Of a DNA stretch of 37,351 nt, positions 11,984-23,030 are shown piece after piece. The position numbers were made by a program, and so were the translations under genes. Location of the stretch: positions 6,304,463 to 6,341,813 of the forward strand of contig NC_057756.1 of NCBI RefSeq assembly GCF_004010195.1, written 5' to 3'. This DNA is from Chiloscyllium plagiosum. Its lineage: Eukaryota. The notes beneath the pieces were generated by a model, which saw only the letters and a program-made list of their open reading frames with translations, was not told the origin of the DNA and searched no databases. Positions within the stretch are counted from its first letter, which is position 1; each line of letters begins with the position of its first letter.

Positions 11984-12715
11984 ATTCATTTTACACATGA
12001 ATTTGAATGCAAATTATAGGGTTAAAGGCAGAATTCTTGGCAGTGTGGAGGAACAGAGGGACCTTGGGTTCCAAGTCCATGGATCCCTTGAAGTTGCCAC
12101 CCAATTTGCTGGGGTTGTTAAGAAAGTGTATGGTGTGTTGACTTGTAGGGGGATTGAGTTTAAGATCCATGAGGTTATGCTGCAGCTCTATAGAGCTCTG
12201 ATTAGACCACACTTGGAATATTTTGTTCAGTTCGGTTCTGGTCGCCTCATTATACGAAGGATATAGAAGCTTTAGGGAGCATGCAGAGCAAATTTACCAG
12301 GATGATGCTGGGACTGGACGGCATGTCTTATGAAGAAAGGTTGAGGGCAGAGGGCTTTTCCTATTGGAGCAAAGAAGGTTGAGAGGTGACTTGATAGAGG
12401 TGTATAACATGATGAGAGGCATAGATAGAGTGAATAGTCAGAGATGCTTTCCCAGGACAGAAGTGGCAATCACAAGGATGCATAATTTTAAGGTGATTGG
12501 AGAAAAGTTTAGGGGAGATGTCTAAGGTAGCTTCTTTACACAGAGAGTCATGGACACATGGAATGCACTGTGATCAGTGGTAGTAGAGTCAGACACATTA
12601 CGGCTATTTAAACAACTCTTGGATGGGCACATGGAAAATAGTAAAAGGAAGGATATGGAGGTTAGTTGGATCTTAAGAGTAGGATAAAAAGTTGGCACAA
12701 CATCCACGGCTGAAG
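11984..12715 (+). mobile_element. CR1 element A 3' part, second copy
   Basis: Same B/A junction as 7963/7964; LYRALIRPHLEY; CR1 3' region follows. Confidence 0.88.
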
Positions 12716-12719
12716 AAAA

Positions 12720-13450
12720 AGTTTCAGCTTGTTGAATATCTGAGGGTAGTTATCAATCTTTACCTGTCAGTTTCTCGTGTGAATGTGCAAGTCTAGTTAT
12801 TTATCTGTACCTGTCTGTTTTGAATGTGTATATGTGAATTTAATTTCAATCCATTCCTGTCAGTTTCTGCAATGTCGATACTTGACTGCAATCATCAATC
12901 TGCAACTGACTGTTTCTGATTTGTGAATATGAAACTGGAGTTATTTACCTGCACCTTCTGTTTCTGATTTGTGACTATGTGAACATAGTTATCAATATAT
13001 GCCATTGAGTTTCTGCTCTGTGAATAGGAGAATATAGCTTTCAAATTGTTACGGTTAGTTTTAGACATATGAATGACAGTATTGCTATTTATCTGTCCCT
13101 GATTGTTACTGCAATACAAATGTTTGACGGCACTTATCAACCTGTACCTCTCAGATTCTGCTATGTGAATATGCTATGTGCAGCTATCCATCTGTGCCTG
13201 TCAATTTCTGCTATTTTATAACTCCACTTTTTCAATCTGTGCCTGAGGTTCTGCTATATCAATCCGTGAATTTAGCTATTAATATATACTTGTCAGTTCC
13301 TGCTTGATGTAAGTGTGTGTTTATTTATCAATCTGTATCCATGCATGTCAGTATCATTAATCTTTATTTTGTCTATTACTGCAACACGAGTGAGTGAATA
13401 TTGGTATCAGTCCGTACTTATCTGTTTCTACTCATCTCTATCAAGTTAAC
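12720..13450 (+). repeat. Degenerate ~49-bp tandem repeat array
   Basis: Repeated ttatcaatct.tacctgtcagtttctg units. Confidence 0.75.
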
Positions 13451-14077
13451 CTAATTCTCTGCCAGCCACTAATGTTCTCTGTTACTGTTTAATTCATTCT
13501 GTGACAGCAGTTATTAGGCTTATGAGACTGGGTCTTGATCTCTTCTGCATTTTGTCATTTAAGAATTGACTGTCAGTCTCCAGGGTGGATAGGGGTGGGA
13601 AGCTGGTGGTGCCAGGAGAATGTGGATGTACCAGATTCTAGTTCTGTCTTTCTGGGTGGGATTTCTTTTTTGGGGAGGGGGTGTGCGGGCGGTGGTTTCT
13701 ATAGTATCACTGAGACTTAAAGTTTTATGTGAAACTCAGATATTGTTGGTGTTTATTTGTGAAAGAGAATTTTATTCTGCATCAGTCTGTCCATTTCTAG
13801 AAGATAATTTTATCCCGATACACGGGACAACAGATCGTGGTATCCTTTATCACCAGATTCAACATTGATACAGCATAGAAGGCTTCTGTGTATGCACTGG
13901 GACATTCTCTTCTGCATCCATTCTGCACAGCAGTTTCCAACAGTTGTTGGGAATGTCACCTTCATCCACTCACTGTCAGTAGCGATATGTTTTGGCCAAT
14001 TTGACATTAGTTCTTCAGCCACCCATCTTTGAATAACTAGAGTACTAGTTTTGATATGCACACAACAGTCTCAGGTT

Positions 14078-15900
14078 GAGACTATGGATCTCATGTTCCT
14101 TCGATTTTGTTATGTTTGTGCATCTGAGCAGAGCGTAAACTTTACAGATATACACGGAACTCGTGTAATTGACAGAATAGTTTTGCTCTAACTTGTTTCT
14201 TTTCCATGAGGCTTAATTTTGTTGCATTCAGTCTCAGTTTTTTTATTTATGTTATGCGTGTGGAGTAGTCTTTACCTATCGATGCTGGGCAATGTAAAAA
14301 TCTAATATTTAACACTCACCTCCACTGCTGTGTTCAGTGATTTTGAGAGTCAATTTCCAACCATCCAATTCTGAAAACGCTTCTGAGGCAAGGATTCATT
14401 ATTTTCCTTTCAGCTCGCACTGGTTGTGAGAGTGAATTTTCTCTTGTGATACCAGTTTGCATCAATTTAAAATACTCATTCTACTTTCAGGCCTTCTAAA
14501 TGCAAATGAATGTGTTTGTTCCTTATTAGTGTCTGACAATGTATATGCAGTATGGATAATTTCCACAACGTTAAGTCTATGCTACAGTTTATGATTGTAA
14601 GTATTACTTTGGATTGGTCAGTGTCTGGTCTGAATGTGTATTTCGAATTTATATGTTTGCAAAAATGTACACAATTTGAGAGTTTCTTCATTCTGTATCC
14701 AATGTTATCTGTATTTCTGTTTGAATGGAGGAGGCTTCTGTGCCTTTTTTTCATGCACGCCAGTAATCAATTTAACAACAGTCTCATTTCAGTCATTTTG
14801 TATGAGATGTGTACTGCTTTTGAATTTGTACTTCTGTGGAAACAAATTAAATTGCAACATTTGTTTCAATCTGAAACTTAACCTGCTATCTAGCTCCTCC
14901 CAGTAACAAAAGAGGATTGATACATTTGTTCAATCACCAATTGAAATCATGGTGAGATATTTGGAGGAGTAATTAATCTGGAATTCAATTTAGTTCTTGG
15001 GGTACTTTGCTGGAATTCCTTCAGCATCATGCAACAGGTTCAGTATTTTCTCTTGCAGTGAACAAGGGGAATTTTTACTTTCTGACCAAGGTGATACCAT
15101 GCATGTAAAACCACAGGACGTTCAGTCATGTACAATGACTGAAATATTTCACTCACACCCTGTCCTGTTTAACACTTCTAATAAAAGGTTAGCTCTCACA
15201 ACCCTGTGAATATGTGGCATGTGACTTTTTTGGTACAAAAAGAAAATAGAAACATAGAAAATTAACAGCTACCACCTGTTTTGTATGTTAGTATCAAAGG
15301 GAAAGTGCAATGAACAAATCAACTGCATTGTGACTGACTGACCATAGTCATCCAAGTAAAGAAGAGATTTGGCATACTTACTTCTATTTTCTTTTTCGAT
15401 TTTCACTTTTCATCATTTCACCTGGCAGTATTTTCACATTATTCTGTGCCCAATGTTGTCTTGTTGTGCCAAGAAATCATCATCAGGAGAATAATTGGCA
15501 CAGTCTATAACTGTTTGACCTTCTATATGAATGCAGAATTCATTTTGTTTGTCCCTTTTGCTTGTACAGTTTGTGCACTTGGGAATTAATTGTCTACTTA
15601 TCATTTTGTGCTATTCGATGGCACTGTGGGATTCAGTTTATTGTCCTTCTAAATTCTGCTCATATGTGACAGACTGACAACAGAGAAGAGCCATATTGTT
15701 TTGTAAAGGACTTGGAAACTAAATTTTAATATTGAGAACAAATTTGCTGTGCAAATGCCCTGATTTTATCTTTATGTTATGTCTTTTTAAAGGAGCAGTT
15801 GTTATGACACAAGAAGGATACTCACTCTTGGTTAACCAATGTCAGTCAGTCTAAATGCTTCTTGTCAAGTGGAAAACCAGTTAACAAAGTGGGAGAAGAG
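14078..15900 (-). pseudogene. Possible decayed multi-Ig-domain (IgSF) coding relics
   Basis: Frameshifted motifs: VNWF and SKFVLNIK; EGQTVIDC..HWAQNN..AKSLLYL..LICSL; AWYHLG; HWIQNE..SKVILTII; SKTILSIT..VYICKVY. Strong acceptor tttgtttccacag before 14833. Read by eye only. Confidence 0.35.
15601..15628 (-). other. 12-spacer recombination-signal-like sequence
   Basis: Minus strand CACAGTG-ccatcgaatagc(12)-ACAAAAtga: perfect heptamer, 6/9 nonamer. Confidence 0.3.
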
Positions 15901-16139
15901 AGAGTTGTCAATTCACGTCTCCTGTTGTGAATGGGAAATAGCTTAAGTCCTTTCGGTGTTATTGCCAAAAACATTCTTAATCAAGTGAGTGCGCAACATA
16001 TTGCAAAAGAAAGAAATCTGTGTTGTTTTTCAGAGTAAAATAGGGAAACACAATGGATCTTTGTAACTGTGATAATGAAGAGTCTCATTGTGAGTTGTGA
16101 CATCAAGGTCTGGTCATCAGTATGATATCCTTTTCCACT

Positions 16140-17000
16140 GCATAGGGTTCCACAGCATGGAGACAGGCCCTTCACCCCAAATTAACCCATGCCAACCAAA
16201 ACATGCATCCACACTAACCCCATTTCCCTGCAATTTGGCCCAAATCCTTCTGAACCTTTCCTATCCACTTACTTGTCCAAACGTCTTTTAAATGTTAATG
16301 TACCCAACTCAATCACTTCCACTGGCAGCTCATTCTCTGTAAAAATGTTGCCCTTCAGGCTCCCAATTACTCTTTCCCCTCTTACTTTATACTGATGCCC
16401 TCTCACTTTTGATTCCCCAAACCTGGGAAAAAGACTGAGGCTATATACCCTATTCATGCCTCTCATGATCTTAAACACTTCCATAAGAAACACCCCCCCC
16501 ACCCCCCCCCCCCCCCCTCACTCTCTTCTGTAAGACGCCCCCTCAGTCTCTTACACTCTGAAGAAAAAAGTCCTAGCTTGTCTAACCTCTCCATATAACT
16601 CAGTCCCTTGAGTCCTGGTAAATTTCTTTGGCACTTTTTCAAGCTTAATAACATCCTCCCTTTAGCAAAGTGACCAAAACTGACCCCCTAGTGCAACCTC
16701 ACTCATCTCCTGTATAACTGCAACATGACTTCCTAACTTCTAAATGCCCTGACTGATGAAGGTCAGTGTGCCAAAAGCCTTCTTCACTGCCCTGTCTACC
16801 TGTGACTCCACTTTCAGAGAACAATGCATCTGAACTCCAATGTCCCTCTGTTCCACTACACTGTTTAAGGCCCTACCATTCACCATGAATCTCCTACCTT
16901 GATCTGACATTCCAAAACCCAACACATCACACTGATCTATTTTAAACTCCATTTGCCTTTTCTCAGTCCACTTGCCCAGCTGATCAGGATCCTGTGACAG
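16140..17000 (-). mobile_element. CR1 LINE 3' fragment
   Basis: QMEFKIDQCDVL..VEQRDIGV; LSYMERLDKLGLFS; 3' tail ggcctgtctccatgctgtg. Confidence 0.88.
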
Positions 17001-17262
17001 TGGAAAGGACATTCTCCACTCTGGCAGTGGTAACACACCTGTTGTTTGACCTGAACTCCAATGTCCCTCTGTTCCACTACACTGTTTAAGGCCCTACCAG
17101 TCACCATGAATCTCCTACCTTGATCTGACATTCCAAAACCCAACACATCACACTGATCTATTTTAAACTCCATTTGCCTTTTCTCAGTCCACTTGCCCAG
17201 CTGACCAGGATCCTGTGACAGTGGACACTCCACTCTGGCAGTGGTAACATACCTGCTGTTTG
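16830..17262. repeat. Recent tandem duplication of a ~220-bp unit spanning the CR1/host junction
   Basis: 16830-17048 and 17051-17262 are nearly identical. Confidence 0.93.
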
Positions 17263-17334
17263 TTAGAAGGTGCTGGTCACACTTGGCTTTGTACCAAAGA
17301 AATATGACATTGTCTTCATCCTTCAAGTATTTGC
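17253..17334 (-). other. Candidate 82-nt exon of unknown gene or pseudogene
   Basis: Acceptor tcttcctccag| and donor cag|gtatgt; single open frame GKYLKDEDNVIFLWYKAKCDQHLLTNS. Confidence 0.3.
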
Positions 17335-17518
17335 CTGGAGGAAGACCGAAGAGTTGTCAACATCACCCAAGTCTTGAAATATCCAACTGATCAATGTAGC
17401 ATTCAGTTTATAATCATTAGGATTGTTTATTTATAGCTATCAATTTGAATAGAAACATAGGTTCGATTCTACCCTTCCCTGAGCTGCTTTTTGTCCAGGG
17501 ACTTTAAAATAAAATCCA

Positions 17519-17640
17519 TACTGTTAAGCGAGATCCAGAACCTAACCAACACTTGTACTGCTTCATGATTGTGATTACCCGAAGCAAGTGGCTGTATGGA
17601 ATTGAGTTTCGGTAGTTCGCACTTGGTGAATGAGAGAGCC
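17519..17640 (-). pseudogene. Decayed C-terminal half of a VJ-type Ig domain
   Basis: LNSIQPLASGNHNHEA resembles I.S.QP.DSG.Y.C. After a frameshift, YKCWLGSGSRLTV gives a J-like GxG motif. Confidence 0.45.
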
Positions 17641-17641
17641 T

Positions 17642-18600
17642 GGTTATCCAATTGTGCCTGTCAATATTTGCTTTGTGAATGTGTGTGAATAAATGCAATT
17701 ATCAATCTGTCCTCCCTGGGAAACATACTGGCATATTCACACAGCAGAGACTGACAGGTAGACATTGATAACAAGACTCACATGTTCACATATTAGAAAC
17801 TGACAGAGACTGATTGAGATGCACATTTACATACTCAGGAGAAAGCGAGGACTGCAGATGCAGGAGATCAGAGTCAAGAGTATGGTGCTGGAAAAGTACA
17901 GCAGGTCAGGCAGCATCCGAGGAGCAAGAGAATAGGCGTTTCAGACATAAGCCCTTCATCAAGAATGAGGCATGAGGCATCAGGAATGGTAGGGGGTGCT
18001 GAGAGATAAATGAGAGGGGTATGGGGATGGGGGTAGGTAGCTGGGAATGTAATTGGCAGATAAAGGTGTGGGTGAAAGGTGATAGGTTGGAGAGCAGGGT
18101 GGAGCAGATAGGTGGGAAGGAAGATGGACAGGTCAAGAGGGCGCTTCCGAGTTGGAGGCTTGTGACTGGGATAAGGTGGGAGGAGGGGAAATATTCATAT
18201 TCACACAGCAGTCAGTCCTTGTCTGTTTCTGGGATGTAGATATGTTTTTATGTTTATGTTAGTTTTTGCCATGTGAATATCTGAGTGCACATCAATTTCT
18301 GTGCCTGTCAATTTCTGAATGTAGTTATCAATCTGAACCTGTCAGTTTCTGCTATGTGAAACTGTAAATTTGTACCTGCCAGTCTCTGATATGTCAATGT
18401 TTGATTCTGTTTACCAGTCTCTCCCTGTCAGTTTCTGATCTGTGTGCCTGACAATGCAGTTTTCAGTCTATGCCTGCTAGCTTCTGCTCTGTCTCTATCT
18501 AAGTGTAGATATCAAGTTGTACTGTCAGAATCTACTCTGTGAATATGTGAGTGGTCATCAAACTATACCTGTCAGTTGATGCAATGCAGATGTTCGAAGT
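17642..18600. repeat. Degenerate ~49-bp tandem array with an internally inverted segment
   Basis: Forward units at 17642-17710 and 18215-18600; reverse-complement units at ~17730-17836 and 18192-18211. Confidence 0.7.
17837..18191 (-). mobile_element. Penelope-like element 3' fragment with decayed hammerhead
   Basis: Minus strand attc-ttgatga-a-gggcttatgtct-gaaa-cgcc, then gatgctgcctgacctgctg...catctgcagtcctcgctttctcct. Confidence 0.8.
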
Positions 18601-18659
18601 TATAATGTCTCTGGGGACAGTGTGCATCAGAATCATAGAGCCAAAGATCGTCCAGCATG

Positions 18660-18868
18660 TCCAAAGATGCATATGAATTGGTCACAAGAATTGGCTGTGC
18701 TAAATTGCCCACAGTGTTCAGGGATGTGTCAATGAGGTGCATTAGTCAGGGGTAAATGTAGAGTCATGGGTCTGGGTGGGTTACTCTTCAGAGGGTTGGT
18801 GTGGATGTTTTGGGCCAAATGGCCTGTTTCCTCACTGTGGGGATTCTATTCTATTCTATTCTATTCTA
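18660..18868 (+). mobile_element. 5'-truncated HE1-type SINE with (ATTCT)n tail, inserted in a CR1 3' end
   Basis: tccaaagatg...ctaaattgccc...ggcctgtttcc...(attct)n. Flanks rejoin as cagcatg/gagacaggccc. Confidence 0.85.
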
Positions 18869-20631
18869 TGGAGACAGGCCCTTTGGCCCAAACTGGTCCA
18901 TGGTGATCAAAATGTACATCCACCCCATTTCCCTGCACTTGGCCAATAACCTTCTAAACCTTTCCTATCCAAGGATTTGTGCAAATGCCTTTTATACGCC
19001 GTTAACATACCGCCTCAAACACTGCCGCTGGCAGCTTATCCCTTATGCGTACCACCACTGTGTAAAAACATTCCCATTTATTCTTTCCCCTCTAACGGAT
19101 GCCCTCTACTCCTCGATTCACCAACCCTGGGAAAAGGACTGAGTGCATTTACCCTATCCATGCCTCTCATGATCTTGATACACCTTGACAAACCTACCCT
19201 CCCAGTCTCCTACACTCTAAGAAAGGAATCCTCACTTGTTCAACCTCTCCCTATTACTCAGACCAATGCAGGCAACATTCTAGTAAATTTCTTTTGCACT
19301 CTTGCCAGTTTAAGAACATCCTTGCTATAACACGTTAACTAAAACTGAACGCAATACTCCAAGTGTGCACTCACCAACATCCTGTATACCTGCAACATAA
19401 CTTCCCAACATCTACACTCAATGCCCTGACTGATGAAGGCCAGTGTGCCAAAAGCCATCTTCATTGCCCTGTCTACCTGTGACTCCACTTTCAGAGAACA
19501 GTGAACCTGAACTCATAGGTCCCTCTGTTTCACTATACTCCTTCAGGCCCTACCATTCACCATGAAACTCCTACTTTGATTTGACTTGCTGAAATATAAG
19601 ACTTCACACTTATCTATAGTAAACTCCATTTGCAATTTCTCAGCCCACTTCTCCAGCTGGTTAAGGTCCTGATTTAATTTCTGATAACCTTCCTCACTAT
19701 TCACAATACTGCCTATTTTAGTGTCATCTGCAAACTTACTAATCATGCCTTGTACGTACTCATCCAAATTATTGATAGAGACAACAAACAGCAATGGATC
19801 CAGCGCTGACCCCTGAGGCACTCCATGAGTCACAGGCCTCCAGTCTGACAAGCATCCTTCCATTATTACTCTCTGCTTCCTACCATCAAGCCAACCGTCT
19901 ATCCAATTTGCCAGCTTCCCCTCGATTCCACTCAATCTAATCTTCTAGAGCATCCGACCATGTGGAACCTTAGCAAAGGCCTTACAGACGCTTTTACCAT
20001 CCTGCCCTCATCAACCTTCCTGGTCACTTCAACTCTAACAAATTTGTGAGGCATGATCTCCCACCCACAAAGCAATACTGACTACTACTCATCATTTCTT
20101 TCCAAATGCAAGTCACCATCCCCTTCTTATTTCTTCGCTCCACCCACAGAGCCTCAGAATCCTCTCACATTTTAAGCTGACTGGTCCTCGGCTTTTCTTT
20201 GCAGCCATTCTTGTAAAAGGACACAACATTTCCTACCGTCCAGTCTTCTGGGACCTCACCCATGGCTAACAATGATGCAAAAATATCAGTTAGGGCCCAC
20301 CCAATTTCTTGTCTCGCCTCTTGCACTGTTCATGGATACATTTGGTCAGGACTAGATTTATCAACCTTCATACATTGTACTACATCCAACACCTCTATTG
20401 TGATATGGACTGTCCTCAAGATATCACCACTAATCTCCCCAAGTCTTCACATCTTTCTCTAAGGTAAACATAGAGAAAAATGTTCATTGAGAACTTCGCC
20501 TATTTCTTGCAGTTCTACATATACAAATCCACTTGGTCCTTGAGAAGCCCTATTCTCTGTCTAGTTATTCTTTTTCCTTTAATATACTTAAAGTACCCCT
20601 TTGGGTTCACAGCTAAAGTCTTCTCAGCCAA

Positions 20632-20825
20632 AGAATCATAGAGTCATAGAGATGTACAGCACAGAAACAGACCCTTCGGTCCAACCTGTCCTTGCCGACC
20701 AGATATCCCAACCCATTCTAGTCCCACCTGCCAGCGCTTGGCCCATATCCCTCCAAACCCTTCCTATTCATATACCCATCCAAATGGCTTTTAAATGTTG
20801 CAATTGTACCAGCCTCCACCATTGC
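20632..20825 (-). mobile_element. Nested CR1 3'-end fragment
   Basis: VEAGTIATFKSHLDGYMN plus (ctatga)-type tail; same family as 24003-24543. Confidence 0.85.
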
Positions 20826-22943
20826 ATTCTTGTGCGTCCATTTTACCCTGCTGCTTTTCTTCTTCAGTAAACCTCCAGGGATTCCCTTGATTCCAGCTGC
20901 TTGTACCTGGGCCATGCTTCCTTCTTTTTTTTCTGGTAAAAGCCTCAATATCTCTTGTCATCCAGTGTTCATTATTCCTGCCAATGTTGCCCTTCACCCT
21001 CACAGGAGCATATAGTTCTTGAACTCTAGCAATCTCATTTTTAGCAGCTCCCAGTAGCTGAAGATCCCTTTGCCTGCATATAAACCACTCCAATCAACCT
21101 TTGCAAAGTCCTGTCTGATTCCATCACGATTCACCTGTTGACTATTTGGGGGCCGATCGTACAACCCCAATAAAGTCACCATCCCCTTCTTATTTCTTAG
21201 CTCCATACACAAAGCCTCACTGGATGATCTTTGATTTATTTCATCTCTGACTAGTGCTGTGATACTCGCCTTAATCAAAAATGCAACTCCCCCTCCCCGT
21301 TTTCCACCACCTATGTCCTGCCTAAAGCACCTATACCCTGGCACAGTAAGCTGCCAGTCTGTCCCTCCCTTAGCCATGTTTCTATGATGGCTATAATATC
21401 CCAGTCCCACGTACCTATATACTACGGTCACTGATCCCAAAGTGCTCCCCCATTGATACCTCCATTACCTGTCCTGCCTTATTTCCCAAGAGTAGGTTGA
21501 GTTTTACCCCTTCCCAAGTACGACCCTCTATATACTGCTTGAGGGAACTTTCCCGAATGCACTTAAATTCCTCCCCCATCTAATCCCTTAAGACCCAGAC
21601 TGGAAGGAAAATTAAAATCACCTACTACGACAACCTGCAAGTGTCCCCAGTCTCCCTGCATATTTGTTCCTCTAATTCCTGTTGACTATTTGGGGGGCCA
21701 TCGTATAACCCCAATAACACCTTCTTATTTCTTAGCTCCACCCACAAAAACCTCACTGGATGATCCTTGAATTATTTAATCCCTGACTACTGCAACACCC
21801 CCCTCCCCTCTTTCCACCACCTGTGTCCGGCCTAAAGCACCTGTACCCTGGCACATGAAACTGCCAGTCCTGTCCCTCCCTTAGCCATGTTTCTGTAATG
21901 GCTATAATCACCCAATCCCACATACCTATATACACACTCTGTGTTCATCAGCCTTATCTGTCAGCCGTCTTGCATTAAAATAAATGCAACTTAATCCAGC
22001 AGGCATTCCTTGCTTCCTGTCATGTTCCAGCCTCACCTGTCTCTTCACCTTTAATAGTTTTGATTAGCGTATCCCCTTTCAGCCTCCCACTTGCCTCCCT
22101 GCTGTTTAGGATCCCACTCCCCTGTTAATCTAGTTTAAACTCTCCCTTGTAGCACTAACAAACCTGGCCACCATTAGTGCTCCCCCAGTTCAGGTGCAAT
22201 CTGTCCCTCTTGAACAGACCACCTCTACCCCATAAAAGATCCAAATGATCTAAAAATGTGAATCCCTTCCACCCGCACCAATCACTTTGTCATGCACTCA
22301 TCTGCGATATCCTCATTTTTACCTTCTCTAGCACATAACACTGGAAGTAATCCAGAGATTATCACCAATGAGGTCCTACTTTTTAATTTCTTTCTTAGCT
22401 CTCCCTTTTTTCCTTGTTCTCTCCATAGGACCTCATCCCTATTTCTACCTGTGTCAGTTCTGCCAATGTGCAAAATGACTTCTGGCTGCACTCCCTCCCC
22501 CCCCTTTAGAATGTTCTGCAGTTGCTCTGAGACATCCTGGACCTGGCATCTATGAGGCACCACACCATAGTATCTCCTGTCTGTCCTCCTAACTATTGAG
22601 TCTATTATCACAAAGGGCCTGTTTATGTTTACCCTTCCCCACTGTGCCCCAGAGCCAGTCGTTGTGCCATCAACCTGGCCATTGCTGCTTTCCCCTGAAT
22701 GGTCATCCCTCCCAACAGTATCCAAAACAGTATACTTGTTTTCAAGGGGAATGGTCACAGGGGATTCCTGTCCTCTCTGCCGACTCTCTTTGCTTTTCCT
22801 GGTGGTCACTCAGTTACACTCTGCCTGCCTCACTCGCTGACTACCTCACTAAAACTCTTACCTATGAAATGCGCAGCATCTCGGATGATTCTGAGAGCAT
22901 CTGGCTTCAGTTCCCTAATAACACGGTCTCCCAGAAGCTGCAG

Positions 22944-23030
22944 GGTTGAAGGACTTTTGCCCAAAATGTCGATTCTCCTGCTTCTCAGATGCTGCCTGAC
23001 CTGCTGTGCTTTTCCAGCACCACACTCACG
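22944..23030 (+). mobile_element. Penelope-like terminal fragment with truncated, decayed hammerhead
   Basis: tgaaggacttttgcccaaaatgtcgattctcctgc...gatgctgcctgacctgctgtg. Confidence 0.7.

Larger units (their letters stand above)
18629..22940 (-). mobile_element. Long decayed, internally rearranged CR1 LINE (ORF1 esterase, APE, RT, 3' end)
   Basis: IPLENKYTVL..IDSIVR..VIISGLLPV; VIIAITETWL; WLDGRKQRV..GVPQGS..SKFADDTK. Confidence 0.92.

Noticed and set aside
1352..12715. Active LINE ORF1/ORF2 genes
   Set aside because: All copies have multiple stops, frameshifts and deletions. The many short ORFs are fragments or antisense shadows.
14500..14509. Ig-promoter octamer/decamer (TCATTTGCAT on the minus strand)
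   Set aside because: No credible leader exon follows, and ATGCAAAT also occurs several times in repeats (e.g. 26097, 26404).
15372..15505. Transmembrane exon (VPIILLMMISW) with gtaagt donor on the minus strand
   Set aside because: The frame stops before the donor and the hydrophobic run is too short; overlapping frames fit an Ig-like relic better.
16492..16517. Poly-C tract as a regulatory G-quadruplex
   Set aside because: Homopolymer expansion inside a decayed CR1, with no further support and prone to sequencing error.
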